Assembly: GCA_002707155.1 (NCBI GenBank)
Contig: PAME01000012.1
Coordinates: forward strand, 61,547-125,546
DNA: 64,000 bases
Source of the DNA: Crocinitomicaceae bacterium
GTDB lineage: Bacteria; Bacteroidota; Bacteroidia; Flavobacteriales_G; Salibacteraceae
Reading direction: 5' to 3'
Below, in pieces: positions 30,704 to 42,222 of this stretch. A program made the position numbers and the translations under genes. Within the stretch, counting starts at the first letter, position 1; every line of letters starts with the position of its first letter. The notes below the pieces were generated by a model. The model saw nothing but the letters and a program-made list of their open reading frames with translations, ran no database searches and was not told the DNA's origin.

Positions 30704-31330
30704 ATGAAACTAGATATATTAAAAATAGACGGTTCTAAAGCTTCTAAGAAAGCTGAACTAAAGGATGATATCTACGGAATTGATCCAAACGAACACGCAG
30801 TTTATCTAGACGTTAAACAGTATTTAGCAAACCAAAGACAAGGAACTTCTAAGTCTAAAGAAAGAGCTGAAATTACTGGTAGTACTAGAAAAATTAAAAA
30901 GCAAAAAGGCACAGGTACCGCTCGTGCTGGTAGTATTAAGTCGCCGTTGTTCAAAGGTGGAGGTCGTGTATTCGGTCCTAGACCAAGAACGTATGACATG
31001 AAGCTGAACAAAAAAGTTAAAGCTTTAGCAAGACGATCAGCGCTTACAACAAAAGCTCAAGCAAAAGAGATTATGGTTCTTGAAGATTTTAATTTAAAAG
31101 CTCCTAAAACGGCTGATTTAGTTAAGATAGTTAATGACCTTAAGCTTACTGGCAAAAAAGCGCTACTAGTGTTGCCTGAACTTAATAAAAATGTATATTT
31201 GTCCTCCCGAAATTTACAGGGCTTTAATTGCGTAACAACCTCAGATTTAAGTACATACGCAATTTTAAACGCTGGAAATCTCATCCTTTCGGAGGGTGCG
31301 TTGGGAAAAATTGAATCACAGTTAAGCTAA
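30704..31330 (+). CDS. rplD: 50S ribosomal protein L4
   Basis: I prefer the ATG at 30704 (MKLDILKIDGSK), 1 nt after the rplC stop, over the TTG at 30692. KGTGTARAGSI.SP motif. Confidence 0.95.
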   Translation: MKLDILKIDGSKASKKAELKDDIYGIDPNEHAVYLDVKQYLANQRQGTSKSKERAEITGSTRKIKKQKGTGTARAGSIKSPLFKGGGRVFGPRPRTYDMKLNKKVKALARRSALTTKAQAKEIMVLEDFNLKAPKTADLVKIVNDLKLTGKKALLVLPELNKNVYLSSRNLQGFNCVTTSDLSTYAILNAGNLILSEGALGKIESQLS

Positions 31331-31335
31331 TTGAT

Positions 31336-31626
31336 ATGAATATTTTACTTAAACCTGTCATTACTGAAAAAATGACTCAACAAGGCGAGGACCTAAATCG
31401 TTATGGTTTTGTTGTACCTAAAGAGGTGAATAAAATTGAGGTCAAAGCGGCTGTAGAAGAAATGTACGGAGTCTCTGTCAAGTCAATTAGCACTATGATA
31501 ATGCCTTCAAAGAAAAAATCTCGATATACCAAGTCGGGAGTTATTTCAGGTAAGATAGGCTCGTACAAGAAAGCAGTGGTTACGCTGAACGAAGGTGAAA
31601 TTATTGATTTCTACAGTAATATTTAA
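31336..31626 (+). CDS. rplW: 50S ribosomal protein L23
   Basis: 96 aa. ILLKPVITEK motif. Operon position. Confidence 0.97.
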   Translation: MNILLKPVITEKMTQQGEDLNRYGFVVPKEVNKIEVKAAVEEMYGVSVKSISTMIMPSKKKSRYTKSGVISGKIGSYKKAVVTLNEGEIIDFYSNI

Positions 31627-31635
31627 GATAAAGAA

Positions 31636-32457
31636 ATGGCTGTAAAGAAGTTTAGACCGGTTACACCCGGACAGAGACATAAAATAGCGGGAACTTTCTC
31701 AGAAGTGACTACTGATGTTGCTGAAAAAAGTTTAATAAGAAGTATCAAACGCTCTGGTGGAAGAAATAACACTGGAAGAATGACCGCTCGATACATAGGT
31801 GGTGGTCATAAAAAATCGTATCGTGAGATCGATTTCAAGCGCGAAAAATTTGGTATTCCTGGTAAAGTTGCAACTGTTGAGTATGATCCGAATAGAACAG
31901 CTCGTATTGCACTTATTCATTATGTCGATGGAGAAAAAAGATACATTGTTGCTCCAACAGGTATAGAAGTTGGTCAAGAAATCATGAGTGGCGAAAAGGC
32001 TACTCCTGAAATCGGAAATACGTTGTTTCTTAAAGATGTTCCATTGGGAACAATTATTCATAACATCGAGTTAAGACCTGGACAAGGGGCTAAGATTGCT
32101 CGAGGTGCTGGTTGTTCTGCACAACTGAATGCTAAGGATCGTAAGTATGCGATTATAAAAATGCCTTCCGGAGAATCAAGACAAATACTACTTACCTGTT
32201 TAGCTACTATTGGTTCATGCTCGAATAGTGATCATAGTTTAGAAATTTCTGGTAAAGCTGGAAGAAGCAGATGGCAGGGTAGAAGACCTCGAACAAGAGG
32301 TGTAGCAATGAATCCAGTTGATCATCCAATGGGTGGTGGTGAAGGACGTCAGTCTGGAGGTCATCCTAGATCAAGAAACGGGATTCCTGCAAAAGGATTT
32401 AAAACAAGAGCTAAGAAAAAATCTACTAATCGTTATATCGTAACGAAAAGAAAATAA
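31636..32457 (+). CDS. rplB: 50S ribosomal protein L2
   Basis: 273 aa. [16 protein letters not shown] motifs. Confidence 0.98.
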   Translation: MAVKKFRPVTPGQRHKIAGTFSEVTTDVAEKSLIRSIKRSGGRNNTGRMTARYIGGGHKKSYREIDFKREKFGIPGKVATVEYDPNRTARIALIHYVDGEKRYIVAPTGIEVGQEIMSGEKATPEIGNTLFLKDVPLGTIIHNIELRPGQGAKIARGAGCSAQLNAKDRKYAIIKMPSGESRQILLTCLATIGSCSNSDHSLEISGKAGRSRWQGRRPRTRGVAMNPVDHPMGGGEGRQSGGHPRSRNGIPAKGFKTRAKKKSTNRYIVTKRK

Positions 32458-32464
32458 TTGATAG

Positions 32465-32740
32465 ATGAGTCGTTCACTAAAAAAACCTCCTTACGTTCAT
32501 TATAAACTCGAGAAGCGAGTTTTAGAAATGCAGGATTCGACTAAGAAGTCGGTATTAAAAACTTGGTCTAGGTCTTCTATGATTACACCTGACTTTGTAG
32601 GCCTTACAATTGGTGTCCATAATGGTCGTCAGTTTATTCCGGTTTATGTAACTGAGAATATGGTTGGGCATAAATTAGGAGAGTTCTCTCCTACGAGAAG
32701 CTTTAGAGGTCATATTGGTAAAAAGGACAAGAAAAAATAA
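32465..32740 (+). CDS. rpsS: 30S ribosomal protein S19
   Basis: [10 protein letters not shown]... [24 protein letters not shown]. Confidence 0.98.
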   Translation: MSRSLKKPPYVHYKLEKRVLEMQDSTKKSVLKTWSRSSMITPDFVGLTIGVHNGRQFIPVYVTENMVGHKLGEFSPTRSFRGHIGKKDKKK

Positions 32741-32745
32741 TAGCG

Positions 32746-33150
32746 ATGGGTGCTAGAAAAAGATTAAAATCAGAAGAGAGAAAAGAGGCTAATAAGTCTA
32801 TTTACGCTGCTAAGCTAAATGGAAGTACTAGTTCTCCTCGGAAAATGAGATTGGTTGCTGATTTGATAAGAGGCGAAGAAGTAGTGAAAGCTGCAAATAT
32901 TTTGCAATTTCACAAACAAGATGCTTCTAATAAATTAGAAACGCTATTGTGGTCAGCAGTTGCCAATTATGAAGAAAAATCAGGTTCTGATTGGGAAGGA
33001 GCAGGACTCTTCGTAAAGGAAGTAAAAGTCGATGCTGCTTCAATGTTGAAGAGAATTCAAGCAAGAGCTCAAGGTAGAGCTTATAGGGTCAGAAAAAGAT
33101 CAAATCACGTAACACTTGTTCTTGGAACACAAAACCAGGAGGAAAAATAA
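32746..33150 (+). CDS. rplV: 50S ribosomal protein L22
   Basis: 134 aa. [14 protein letters not shown] motif. Confidence 0.97.
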   Translation: MGARKRLKSEERKEANKSIYAAKLNGSTSSPRKMRLVADLIRGEEVVKAANILQFHKQDASNKLETLLWSAVANYEEKSGSDWEGAGLFVKEVKVDAASMLKRIQARAQGRAYRVRKRSNHVTLVLGTQNQEEK

Positions 33151-33152
33151 GA

Positions 33153-33866
33153 ATGGGACAAAAGACAAATCCAATTGCGAACAGATTAGGTTTCATCAGA
33201 GGATGGGACTCTAATTGGTATGGTGGTAGAAAATACGCTGACAAAATCGTAGAAGATTATAATATTCGTCGTTATTTAAATGCGCGTTTAAGAAAGGCAA
33301 GTGTTTCAAATATCATTATTGAAAGAACACTTAAGTTAATCACGGTTACTATCAAAACTGCAAGACCTGGTATCATTATAGGTAAGGGAGGCTCAGAAGT
33401 AGATAAGCTTAAGGAAGAGCTTAAGAAGATCACAAAAAAGGACGTTCAAATCAATATTTTTGAAATTAAGAGACCTGAACTTGATGCTCGTTTGGTTGCT
33501 GATAGTATTGCTCGACAAATTGAAGGACGTATATCTTTCCGTAGAGCTGCTAAAATGTCAATTGCAAGTACTATGAGAATGGGTTCTGAAGGCATAAAGG
33601 TGACTGTGTCTGGTAGATTGAATGGCGCTGAAATGGCAAGAACTGAACATTATAAAGACGGTAGAATTCCGTTGCATACTTTTAGAGCAGATATAGATTA
33701 TGCTCTGGCAGAAGCACATACCACTTATGGTAGAATTGGTGTGAAGGTGTGGATTTGTAATGGAGAAGTTTTAGGTAAAAGAGATTTATCTCCTGTTATC
33801 GAAAACAAGAAGAAATCACCTGCTGCAGCAAGACCACAGCAGAGATCTAGAAGAAAAAGAAATTAA
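33153..33866 (+). CDS. rpsC: 30S ribosomal protein S3
   Basis: [15 protein letters not shown] domain. 237 aa. Confidence 0.98.
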   Translation: MGQKTNPIANRLGFIRGWDSNWYGGRKYADKIVEDYNIRRYLNARLRKASVSNIIIERTLKLITVTIKTARPGIIIGKGGSEVDKLKEELKKITKKDVQINIFEIKRPELDARLVADSIARQIEGRISFRRAAKMSIASTMRMGSEGIKVTVSGRLNGAEMARTEHYKDGRIPLHTFRADIDYALAEAHTTYGRIGVKVWICNGEVLGKRDLSPVIENKKKSPAAARPQQRSRRKRN

Positions 33867-33893
33867 TTAGGGACTGTTTAAGACACTATAAAG

Positions 33894-34310
33894 ATGTTAC
33901 AGCCGAGAAAAGTAAAGCATAGAAAAGTCCAAAAAGGAAGAATTAAAGGGATCGCTCATAGAGGGTCAACTTTATCTTTTGGATCTTACGGAATAAAAAC
34001 AGAAGTAATGGGCAGGTTGACTTCAAGACAAATTGAAGCAGCAAGGATTGCCGTAACTCGTTACATGAAGAGAGAAGGTCAAGTTTGGATTAGAATATTT
34101 CCAGACACTCCAATAACCAACAAACCTGCAGAGGTTCGTATGGGGAAAGGTAAAGGAGCTTTGGATCATTGGGTGGCTAAAATTAAACCGGGTAGAATTT
34201 TATTCGAAATTGAAGGAGTAAAAGAAGATCAGGCTCGTGAGGCGTTGCGATTAGCAGCACAAAAACTTCCTGTTACTTGCAAGTTTGTAATGAGAAAAGA
34301 TCTCGCTTAA
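33894..34310 (+). CDS. rplP: 50S ribosomal protein L16
   Basis: [15 protein letters not shown]. 138 aa. Confidence 0.98.
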   Translation: MLQPRKVKHRKVQKGRIKGIAHRGSTLSFGSYGIKTEVMGRLTSRQIEAARIAVTRYMKREGQVWIRIFPDTPITNKPAEVRMGKGKGALDHWVAKIKPGRILFEIEGVKEDQAREALRLAAQKLPVTCKFVMRKDLA

Positions 34311-34322
34311 GAATTTAGAATC

Positions 34323-34523
34323 ATGAAACAATCTGTCATAAAAGAATTAAAGACTGAAGAACTCTTCGAGCGTTTAGAAGACGAAATGGAGTCTTTGACA
34401 AAGCTTAAAATAAATCACAAAGTTTCTCAGTTAGAAAGTCCTGTGGTTTTAAAGGATAAGCGTAAAACTATCGCTCGGTTAAATACTGAGATTACTAAAA
34501 GAAGCCTTGAGCAAACTAAATAA
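34323..34523 (+). CDS. rpmC: 50S ribosomal protein L29
   Basis: 66 aa helical protein at the canonical position after rplP. Confidence 0.93.
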   Translation: MKQSVIKELKTEELFERLEDEMESLTKLKINHKVSQLESPVVLKDKRKTIARLNTEITKRSLEQTK

Positions 34524-34531
34524 GGAAAGCT

Positions 34532-34786
34532 GTGCAAAGGAATTTAAGAAAAGAAAGAATTGGTTTAGTTACCAGTGCCGCAATGAACAAGTCAATTGTT
34601 GTAATTGTTGAGCGAAAAATGAAACACCCTATCTACGGAAAGTTCATAAAGAAGTCAAACAAATTTATGGCTCACGATGAAAAAGACGAGTGTGGTATTG
34701 GAGATACAGTAAGAATAATGGAAACTCGACCTTTGTCAAAAAGTAAGAGATGGAGACTTGCTGAAGTTATTGAAAAAGCAAAATAA
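34532..34786 (+). CDS. rpsQ: 30S ribosomal protein S17 (GTG start)
   Basis: [26 protein letters not shown] motif. 84 aa. Confidence 0.96.
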   Translation: MQRNLRKERIGLVTSAAMNKSIVVIVERKMKHPIYGKFIKKSNKFMAHDEKDECGIGDTVRIMETRPLSKSKRWRLAEVIEKAK

Positions 34787-34807
34787 TTAAGTCGAAAGCT
34801 TAAGAAA

Positions 34808-35176
34808 ATGATACAACAAGAATCAAGGTTAGAAGTAGCAGATAACTCAGGCGCAAAGCAAGTACTTTGTATTAGAGTTTTAGGCGGTACCAAAAGAAGG
34901 TATGCTTCTGTAGGTGACAAAATAGTTGTTACCGTTAAGGATGCAACTCCTGCAGGAAATATTAAAAAAGGTGCTGTTTCTACTGCAGTTATAGTTCGTA
35001 CAAGAAAAGAAGTACGTCGTCAAGATGGCTCATATATACGGTTCGATAACAACGCATGCGTGTTGTTAGGAACGGCTGGTGAAATGAGAGGAACACGAAT
35101 TTTCGGACCTGTCGCTAGAGAGCTTAGAGATAAGCAGTATATGAAAATTGTTTCACTTGCACCAGAAGTGCTTTAA
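34808..35176 (+). CDS. rplN: 50S ribosomal protein L14
   Basis: [17 protein letters not shown]. 122 aa. Confidence 0.98.
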   Translation: MIQQESRLEVADNSGAKQVLCIRVLGGTKRRYASVGDKIVVTVKDATPAGNIKKGAVSTAVIVRTRKEVRRQDGSYIRFDNNACVLLGTAGEMRGTRIFGPVARELRDKQYMKIVSLAPEVL

Positions 35177-35188
35177 GCTAGGTTTACA

Positions 35189-35503
35189 ATGAAATTACAC
35201 ATTAAAAAAGGAGATACTGTGAAGGTTCTTGCCGGAGAATACAAAGGTAAGTCCGGTAGAGTTCTTGGAATACAGGTTGAAAAACAACGAGCTACTGTCG
35301 AAGGACTAAACATGATTAAAAAGCATGTAAAACCATCTGCAGAGAACCCAGAGGGTGGTATCGTTGAAAAAGAAGGAACAATTCACATTTCTAACTTAAT
35401 GCTTACAGGTGCTGATGGAAGTGCTTCTAGAATAACTAGAGTTAAAGATGCTGAAGGAAAATCAGTTAGAAAACTTATTAAAACAGGGGAGGAGATTAAG
35501 TAA
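35189..35503 (+). CDS. rplX: 50S ribosomal protein L24
   Basis: [20 protein letters not shown] motif. 104 aa. Confidence 0.97.
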   Translation: MKLHIKKGDTVKVLAGEYKGKSGRVLGIQVEKQRATVEGLNMIKKHVKPSAENPEGGIVEKEGTIHISNLMLTGADGSASRITRVKDAEGKSVRKLIKTGEEIK

Positions 35504-36054
35504 TGGTACAAGTTCAACCCAGATTAATAGAGGAGTATCGCGGTAGAATAGTTTCTACTATGATGGAAAAATTTGGATATACATCTCCAATGCAAGTTCC
35601 CGTATTAGAAAAAATAGTTTTAAACCAAGGTTTAGGAAAGGCTATTTCAGATAAGAAGATTATGGAGTCTGCTTTAGAAGAAATGGCACTTATTACTGGA
35701 CAAAAACCAGTGGTATGTAATTCCAAAAAGGATATCTCTAATTTCAAAGTGAGAAAAGGAATGCCAATTGGTGCGAAAGTTACTTTAAGGAATTTGAAAA
35801 TGTACGAATTCCTTGATCGTTTAATTGCGCTTGCATTGCCAAGAACTCGTGACTTTAGAGGAATTAGCGCTACGGGCTTTGACGGCCGTGGAAATTACAA
35901 TATGGGTGTTAAAGAACAAATTATTTTTCCAGAAATTGATATAGATAAAGTAAAAGAAATCAATGGAATGGATATCACTTTTGTAACTTCAGCTAATACT
36001 GATGAAGAAGCAAGAGCATTATTAACTGAATTCGGATTACCGTTTAAAAAGTAA
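35503..36054 (+). CDS. rplE: 50S ribosomal protein L5
   Basis: 183 aa. RDFRG...[16 protein letters not shown] motif. TAATG overlap with rplX. Confidence 0.98.
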   Translation: MVQVQPRLIEEYRGRIVSTMMEKFGYTSPMQVPVLEKIVLNQGLGKAISDKKIMESALEEMALITGQKPVVCNSKKDISNFKVRKGMPIGAKVTLRNLKMYEFLDRLIALALPRTRDFRGISATGFDGRGNYNMGVKEQIIFPEIDIDKVKEINGMDITFVTSANTDEEARALLTEFGLPFKK

Positions 36055-36059
36055 GAGAG

Positions 36060-36329
36060 ATGGCAAAAGAATCAATGAAAGCCAGAGAAAGAAAACGTGA
36101 AAGAATGGTAGCTAAATACGCTGCCAAACGAGAAGCGTTGAAAGCTGCTGGAGATTGGGAAGGGTTGCAAAAACTACCTGCTAATTCATCTTCTGTGAGA
36201 TTACACAATAGATGTAAACTTACTGGTCGTCCACGAGGTTATATGAGGAATTTTGGTATTTCAAGAGTTACTTTCAGAGAAATGGCAGTACAAGGATTGA
36301 TACCTGGAGTTAAAAAAGCAAGTTGGTAA
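36060..36329 (+). CDS. rpsN: 30S ribosomal protein S14 (long, non-zinc type)
   Basis: 89 aa. C-terminal [24 protein letters not shown]. Confidence 0.97.
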   Translation: MAKESMKARERKRERMVAKYAAKREALKAAGDWEGLQKLPANSSSVRLHNRCKLTGRPRGYMRNFGISRVTFREMAVQGLIPGVKKASW

Positions 36330-36353
36330 CAACACCATTTTAAGAATACGAAA

Positions 36354-36752
36354 ATGAATACAGATCCAATAGCAGATTATCTCACAAGATTGCGCAATGC
36401 AATTTCCGCTGGTCACAAAGTGGTAGAGATTCCAGCTTCAAATTTGAAAAAGGAGATTACAAAAATCCTTTTTAACAAAGGGTATATTTTAAATTACAAG
36501 TTTGAGGAAGAAGGTCCTCAAGGTTCAATTAAAATTGCGCTTAAATATAGCGGCTCTGAAAAAGTACCTGCTATAAAAGAATTAAAGAGAGTTTCTACTC
36601 CAGGTTTGCGTAAGTACTCAAATTCGAAAGAATTACCACGAGTACTTAACGGTTTAGGAGTGGCTATCATTTCGACTTCACAAGGCGTTATGACAGATAA
36701 AGAAGCAAGAAAATTAAAAGTAGGTGGAGAAGTTCTTTGCCACGTTTATTAA
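36354..36752 (+). CDS. rpsH: 30S ribosomal protein S8
   Basis: DPIADYLTRLRNA motif. 132 aa. Confidence 0.98.
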   Translation: MNTDPIADYLTRLRNAISAGHKVVEIPASNLKKEITKILFNKGYILNYKFEEEGPQGSIKIALKYSGSEKVPAIKELKRVSTPGLRKYSNSKELPRVLNGLGVAIISTSQGVMTDKEARKLKVGGEVLCHVY

Positions 36753-36773
36753 TAATTAGGTAAAACAAAAGAA

Positions 36774-37325
36774 ATGTCACGAATAGGAAAAATGCCTATT
36801 TCAATTCCTGAAAACACCACTATCTCTTTAGAGGGAAATGCGGTGAATGTTAAGGGTCCTAAAGGTGAACTTTCGCAAGAACTTTCTGATCATGTTACTC
36901 TTGATATTCAAGAGAAACATATTGAAGTTAAGCGTAAAGATGACTCCAAAGAATCAAGAGCAAGACACGGTTTGTTTCGTTCACTGATCAATAACATGGT
37001 TATTGGTGTTAATGAAGGTTACAAGAAGGAATTGGAATTAATTGGAGTTGGATTTAGAGCAACAGCTACAGGTCAAAATTTAGAGTTAGTAATCGGATTC
37101 TCACATAACGTGTTAATCAATTTACCTGACGAAATTAAAGTTACCGCTACAGGAGAAAGAGGTCAAAACCCAACAGTTGTTTTGGAGTCTCACGATAAGC
37201 AACTTATTGGAATGGTTGCTTCTAAAATTCGGTCTCTAAGAAAGCCAGAACCTTATAAAGGCAAAGGAATTAGATATAAAGACGAATATGTTAGAAGAAA
37301 AGCTGGTAAATCAGCTGCTAAATAA
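36774..37325 (+). CDS. rplF: 50S ribosomal protein L6
   Basis: MSRIGK.PI..P motif. 183 aa. Confidence 0.98.
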   Translation: MSRIGKMPISIPENTTISLEGNAVNVKGPKGELSQELSDHVTLDIQEKHIEVKRKDDSKESRARHGLFRSLINNMVIGVNEGYKKELELIGVGFRATATGQNLELVIGFSHNVLINLPDEIKVTATGERGQNPTVVLESHDKQLIGMVASKIRSLRKPEPYKGKGIRYKDEYVRRKAGKSAAK

Positions 37326-37333
37326 TAGGAATC

Positions 37334-37687
37334 ATGGGATTATCTAAATTAGAGAGAAGAAGAAGAATTAAGAAAAGAATCAGAAAGACCATTACTGGTA
37401 CTGCTGATATTCCAAGATTGTCTATTTTCAGCAGTAATACGGAGTTTTATGCTCAGGTTATTGATGATAAGTCTGGGAAAACTATTGTGGCTGCAAGTTC
37501 TTTAAATAATAAAGATGTAGCAAAAGGAACAAAGTCGGAGCGAGCTGCGGCCCTAGGAAAAGTTTTAGCGGAAAAAGCTAAAGCTGCAGGAGTAGAAAAA
37601 GTAAAGTTTGATAGAAACGGATTTTTGTATCACGGGAGAGTAAAATCATTCGCTGAAGCAGCACGAGAAACCGGACTTAATTTCTAA
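37334..37687 (+). CDS. rplR: 50S ribosomal protein L18
   Basis: 117 aa. [24 protein letters not shown]-terminus. Confidence 0.97.
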   Translation: MGLSKLERRRRIKKRIRKTITGTADIPRLSIFSSNTEFYAQVIDDKSGKTIVAASSLNNKDVAKGTKSERAAALGKVLAEKAKAAGVEKVKFDRNGFLYHGRVKSFAEAARETGLNF

Positions 37688-37692
37688 GAAAA

Positions 37693-38211
37693 ATGGCAAA
37701 CGCGAATATAAAGAGAGTACGATCAAGCGAAATCGAATTAAAAGATAGGCTTGTAAATATCCGAAGAGTTACTAAGGTAACAAAGGGTGGTAGAACGTTC
37801 AGTTTTTCTGCATTAGTTGTTGTAGGTGATGAAAATGGTGTTGTTGGCTTTGGAGCTGGCAAGTCAAATGAAGTTACAAGTGCAATTGCAAAGGGAATTG
37901 ACGATGCTAAGAAGAACCTTGTGAAGGTTCCTATTAACAGAGGTACAATTCCTCATGCGCAAACAGGAAGGTTTAGTGGTTCTTATGTTTTTATGAAACC
38001 TGCTTCCAATGGTACCGGCGTTATTGCGGGTGGAGCTATGCGTGCTGTTTTAGAGAGTGTTGGTGTTACAGACGTGTTGGCTAAATCAAAAGGTTCATCT
38101 AACCCAACTAATGTTGTAAAGGCCACTGTTAAGGCACTTACAGAACTGAGAGATGCACATACAGTAGCAAATCATAGAGGAGTTGATTTGGACAAAGTGT
38201 TTAACGGATAA
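37693..38211 (+). CDS. rpsE: 30S ribosomal protein S5
   Basis: [27 protein letters not shown] motif. 172 aa. Confidence 0.98.
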   Translation: MANANIKRVRSSEIELKDRLVNIRRVTKVTKGGRTFSFSALVVVGDENGVVGFGAGKSNEVTSAIAKGIDDAKKNLVKVPINRGTIPHAQTGRFSGSYVFMKPASNGTGVIAGGAMRAVLESVGVTDVLAKSKGSSNPTNVVKATVKALTELRDAHTVANHRGVDLDKVFNG

Positions 38212-38222
38212 GCAATACAAAA

Positions 38223-38405
38223 ATGGCAAAAGTTAAAATCACAAAGGTTAAGTCTGCAATCAATAGACCAAGTCGTCAAAAAAAGACGCTTGAAGCTCTT
38301 GGACTTAGAAAGATGAATCAAACTGTTGAACTAGAAGCAACCCCTCAAATCATGGGAATGATTAGAAAGGTAAGTCATATGGTTTCTACAGAGGTGAGTA
38401 AATAA
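38223..38405 (+). CDS. rpmD: 50S ribosomal protein L30
   Basis: 60 aa. KITKVKSAI.R...QK.TLEALGLRK. Confidence 0.95.
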   Translation: MAKVKITKVKSAINRPSRQKKTLEALGLRKMNQTVELEATPQIMGMIRKVSHMVSTEVSK

Positions 38406-38421
38406 AATTTGAATATCAGTA

Positions 38422-38868
38422 ATGAAATTACATAATTTAAAACCCGCAAAAGGCGCTACTAAATCTACAAAAAGAATTGGTAGAGGCGAAGGTAGTGGTC
38501 ACGGTGGAACAGCTACTAGAGGTCATAAAGGTGCAAAGTCACGATCTGGATATTCAAGAAAGATTGGTTTTGAAGGTGGTCAAATGCCACTTCAAAGACG
38601 TGTTCCTAAATTTGGATTTACGAATATCAATAGAGTTGAGTATAAAGCAGTAAATCTTTCTACACTTCAGAAGTTGGCTGATGAAAAGAAGCTAACAGAG
38701 GTGAATCAGGAAAGTTTGATGGCAAATGGCTTAGTCTCAAAGAATGATTTAGTAAAAGTTTTAGGACATGGTGACCTAAAAGCTAAAATCAAAGTAACTG
38801 TGCATGCTTATTCAAAATCTGCAAAAGAAGCTATTGAAGCTGCGGGTGGTGAGGCAAACACGCTTTAA
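38422..38868 (+). CDS. rplO: 50S ribosomal protein L15
   Basis: 148 aa. RIGRGEGSGHGGT.TRGHKG motif. Confidence 0.97.
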   Translation: MKLHNLKPAKGATKSTKRIGRGEGSGHGGTATRGHKGAKSRSGYSRKIGFEGGQMPLQRRVPKFGFTNINRVEYKAVNLSTLQKLADEKKLTEVNQESLMANGLVSKNDLVKVLGHGDLKAKIKVTVHAYSKSAKEAIEAAGGEANTL

Positions 38869-38888
38869 TTGATTAGAATAGAAACAGC

Positions 38889-40226
38889 ATGAAGAGAATA
38901 ATTGAAACATTCAAGAATATTTATCGAATCGAAGAACTTCGTACTCGTATTCTGAATACGCTTGGGTTCTTGTTGATTTATCGACTTGGATCCTTTGTAG
39001 TATTGCCTGGTGTTGATTCGGTTGCTCTTCAAGCAGGTGCATCGCAAGCTCAAGGTATAGCCGCATTGTTAAATATGTTTGCAGGCGGTGCTTTTAGTCG
39101 AGCTTCGGTTTTTGCATTGGGAATAATGCCTTATATATCTGCCTCTATTGTAATGCAGTTATTAGGTATAGCAATTCCTCAATTTGCAAAGCTTCAGAAA
39201 GAGGGTGAGAGCGGTAGAAAGAAAATTACGCAATGGACAAGATTATTGACGATTGCTATTTGTATGGCACAAGCTCCATCTTACATAGCTACTCAAGTAC
39301 CTGCAAATGCTATAGTAATGGATACTATGTTATTCTGGGTTTCTTCTGTCGTGCTATTGGTTACGGGAACTATGTTCGTTATGTGGCTTGGTGAAAAAAT
39401 TACAGATAAGGGATTAGGAAATGGTATTTCTTTATTAATCATGATTGGTATCATTGCTAATCTTCCGACTGCCATTGCATTCGAATTCCAATCTCAGATT
39501 GGTACAGGTGGCGGTGGTCTAGTTATTTTCCTTATTGAAATTGTATTCCTTCTTTTAGTAACTATTGCTACTATACTTCTGGTGCAAGGGGTGCGAAGGG
39601 TACCGGTCAACTTTGCTAAAAATGTAGTAGGAAGTCGTCAGTATGGCGGCGCTCGTCAATACGTTCCGTTGAAGGTAAATGCATCAGGAGTAATGCCCAT
39701 AATTTTTGCACAAGCATTAATGTTTGTACCAATGACTATAGTTGGGTTCTCTGATTCAGACGCTTTAACTGGTCTAGCTGCGGCATTTGGTGATATAACT
39801 GGATTTTGGTATAACTTCATTTTCGCGATTTTAATTATTGCATTTACATATTTCTATACTGCAATTACGGTTAATCCAAACCAGATGGCTGATGATTTAA
39901 AAAAGAATGGTGGTTTTGTGCCAGGTATACGTCCGGGTAAGGATACAGCTGAATTTTTAGACACTATAATTTCAAGAATTACATTGCCAGGATCTTTCTT
40001 CTTGGCTTTAATTGCAATCCTTCCCGCATTTGCTATGATAGCAGGTGTAAGTACTGGTTTTTCTTACTTTTTTGGAGGAACATCATTATTGATTATGGTG
40101 GGGGTTATATTAGATACTTTACAGCAGGTTGAAAGTTATTTGTTAATGCGAGAGTATGACGGATTAATGAAATCTGGTAGAATAAGTGGTCGTTCGTCGG
40201 CCAATACGTACGGAGGTATAGCTTAA
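38889..40226 (+). CDS. secY: Preprotein translocase subunit SecY
   Basis: 445 aa, 10-TM profile, conserved position after rplO. GIMPYISASI and GNGISLLI motifs. Confidence 0.97.
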   Translation: MKRIIETFKNIYRIEELRTRILNTLGFLLIYRLGSFVVLPGVDSVALQAGASQAQGIAALLNMFAGGAFSRASVFALGIMPYISASIVMQLLGIAIPQFAKLQKEGESGRKKITQWTRLLTIAICMAQAPSYIATQVPANAIVMDTMLFWVSSVVLLVTGTMFVMWLGEKITDKGLGNGISLLIMIGIIANLPTAIAFEFQSQIGTGGGGLVIFLIEIVFLLLVTIATILLVQGVRRVPVNFAKNVVGSRQYGGARQYVPLKVNASGVMPIIFAQALMFVPMTIVGFSDSDALTGLAAAFGDITGFWYNFIFAILIIAFTYFYTAITVNPNQMADDLKKNGGFVPGIRPGKDTAEFLDTIISRITLPGSFFLALIAILPAFAMIAGVSTGFSYFFGGTSLLIMVGVILDTLQQVESYLLMREYDGLMKSGRISGRSSANTYGGIA

Positions 40227-40228
40227 TA

Positions 40229-41011
40229 ATGGGTCAGATCTTTTTAAAGACTGACGAAGAAATTGAGACCCTTCGTGAGAGTTGTTTGCTTGTTGGAAAA
40301 ACTTTAGCTGAAGTTGCTAAGTTAATTGAGCCGGGAATTTCTACTGAAAAGTTGGACTCCGTGGCAGAAGAGTTTATTAGAGATAATAATGCTGTTCCAG
40401 GATTTAAAGGATTGTATGGTTGTCCAAGCACTCTTTTAACATCGGTTAATGAAGCAGTTGTTCATGGTTTACCTAATAAAAACCCATTGAAAGATGGCGA
40501 TATAGTTTCGGTAGATTGTGGAGTTTTAATGAATGGTTTTTATGGTGACTCTGCTTTTACTTTTGAAGTAGGCGAAGTGACAGTTGAAGTTAAAGAATTG
40601 CTAAATGCAACGAAGCAGTGTCTTTATTTAGGTATTGAAGCTGCTATTGTTGGAAATAGAACTGGAGACATAGGGTTTGCAGTTCAAAATTATGCTGAGT
40701 CTCAAGGCTACGGAGTGGTTAGGGAATTAGTAGGTCATGGCTTAGGAAGAAGCTTGCACGAAGGTCCAGAAGTTCCGAATTTTGGAAAAGCTGGAAAAGG
40801 TAAGCAACTGAAAAAAGGAATGACAATCGCAATCGAACCTATGATAAACATGGGTAAGAAAGGGGTGAAACAGTTAAGTGATGGATGGACAATAGTAACG
40901 ATAGATGGGAAACCTTCTGCACACTTTGAACATGATATTGCAATTAAAAATGGAAAGGCGGAAATTCTTTCTAGTTTTGAAGAAATAGAAAAAGTACTAA
41001 ATAAAAAATAG
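40229..41011 (+). CDS. map: Type I methionine aminopeptidase
   Basis: 260 aa. VHG.P, DGDIVSVD, GHG.G...HE.P, IEPM, EH metal-ligand pattern. Confidence 0.96.
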   Translation: MGQIFLKTDEEIETLRESCLLVGKTLAEVAKLIEPGISTEKLDSVAEEFIRDNNAVPGFKGLYGCPSTLLTSVNEAVVHGLPNKNPLKDGDIVSVDCGVLMNGFYGDSAFTFEVGEVTVEVKELLNATKQCLYLGIEAAIVGNRTGDIGFAVQNYAESQGYGVVRELVGHGLGRSLHEGPEVPNFGKAGKGKQLKKGMTIAIEPMINMGKKGVKQLSDGWTIVTIDGKPSAHFEHDIAIKNGKAEILSSFEEIEKVLNKK

Positions 41012-41020
41012 ATAATAAGT

Positions 41021-41239
41021 ATGGCCAAACAGGCGTCGATAGAACAAGATGGTACAATTATAGAAGCTTTGTCAAATGCAATGTTTCGTGTTGAATTAGA
41101 GAACGGTCATGTTATAACGGCGCATATCTCAGGTAAAATGAGGATGCATTATATTAAAATTTTACCAGGGGATAGAGTAAAAGTTGAAATGTCACCATAC
41201 GATTTAACTAAAGGAAGAATTACATTCAGATACAAATAG
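41021..41239 (+). CDS. infA: Translation initiation factor IF-1
   Basis: 72 aa. FRVELENGH...AHISGKMR...I.ILPGD.V.VE.SPYDL.KGRI..R. Confidence 0.98.
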   Translation: MAKQASIEQDGTIIEALSNAMFRVELENGHVITAHISGKMRMHYIKILPGDRVKVEMSPYDLTKGRITFRYK

Positions 41240-41247
41240 AAGGACTG

Positions 41248-41364
41248 ATGAAAGTTAGAGCATCAATAAAGAAGAGAAGTGAGGATTGTAAGATCGTACG
41301 CCGTAAAGGCAAATTGTACGTGATTAATAAGAAGAATCCAAAATTTAAACAAAGACAAGGATAA
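41248..41364 (+). CDS. rpmJ: 50S ribosomal protein L36 (single-Cys, zinc-independent type)
   Basis: Not in the ORF track (38 aa). My translation gives [38 protein letters not shown] between infA and rpsM. Confidence 0.93.
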   Translation: MKVRASIKKRSEDCKIVRRKGKLYVINKKNPKFKQRQG

Positions 41365-41374
41365 TAACTAGATT

Positions 41375-41752
41375 ATGGCTAGGATTGCAGGAATAGATCT
41401 ACCTAAGGATAAACGAGGAGTTATTGGACTTACCTATATTTATGGTATTGGACCAACAACAGCTGAAAAAATCCTTAATGGAAGTGGTGTGTCATTAGAC
41501 ACAAAAGTTATGGATTGGAATGATGACGAATTGTCAGCCATTCGAAATTACATCAATACTACTCTAAAGGTTGAAGGGGCTTTACGTTCGGAAGTACAAT
41601 TAAATATCAAGCGGCTAATGGACATTGGTTGTTACCGAGGTATTCGTCATAGAAGCGGATTACCATTGCGTGGACAAAGAACCAAGAATAATAGCCGAAC
41701 TCGTAAAGGGAAAAGAAAAACTATTGCAAACAAAAAGATTGCAACTAAATAG
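41375..41752 (+). CDS. rpsM: 30S ribosomal protein S13
   Basis: [21 protein letters not shown]. 125 aa. Confidence 0.98.
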   Translation: MARIAGIDLPKDKRGVIGLTYIYGIGPTTAEKILNGSGVSLDTKVMDWNDDELSAIRNYINTTLKVEGALRSEVQLNIKRLMDIGCYRGIRHRSGLPLRGQRTKNNSRTRKGKRKTIANKKIATK

Positions 41753-41761
41753 TAAATAATT

Positions 41762-42145
41762 ATGGCTAAGTCAAGCGCAAAAAAGTTTAAAGTAAAAATT
41801 GATTCAGTTGGAGAGGCTCACGTAAAGGCTTCTTTTAATAACATCATTATTACGCTTACCAATTCACAAGGTCAAACGATTTCATGGTCTTCAGCTGGTA
41901 AAATGGGATTTAGAGGATCTAAAAAAAATACACCTTACGCTGCTCAACAGGCTGCTCAAGATTGTGCTCAAGTTGCATATGATGCAGGCTTAAGAAAGGT
42001 TAAGTTGTTTGTAAAAGGTCCTGGTTCTGGAAGAGAGTCAGCAATTCGTTCTATCCATAATTCTGGAATTCAAGTTACGGAAATTGTTGATGTTACGCCA
42101 TTGCCACACAATGGTTGTAGACCTCCAAAGAGAAGAAGAGTATAA
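41762..42145 (+). CDS. rpsK: 30S ribosomal protein S11
   Basis: 127 aa. [17 protein letters not shown]-terminus. Confidence 0.98.
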   Translation: MAKSSAKKFKVKIDSVGEAHVKASFNNIIITLTNSQGQTISWSSAGKMGFRGSKKNTPYAAQQAAQDCAQVAYDAGLRKVKLFVKGPGSGRESAIRSIHNSGIQVTEIVDVTPLPHNGCRPPKRRRV

Positions 42146-42222
42146 TTAATTATTAATCTAGAAAGGAATTCGATTGTCGAAGGATATGCCTTAATTCATA
42201 ATCCCTTTCAAAAAAAAGAAAA

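Noticed and set aside
42146-42222. 77-nt spacer before rpsD as a possible S4 autoregulatory leader
   Set aside because: I could not identify a convincing pseudoknot or hairpin by eye, so there is not enough evidence to call a feature.
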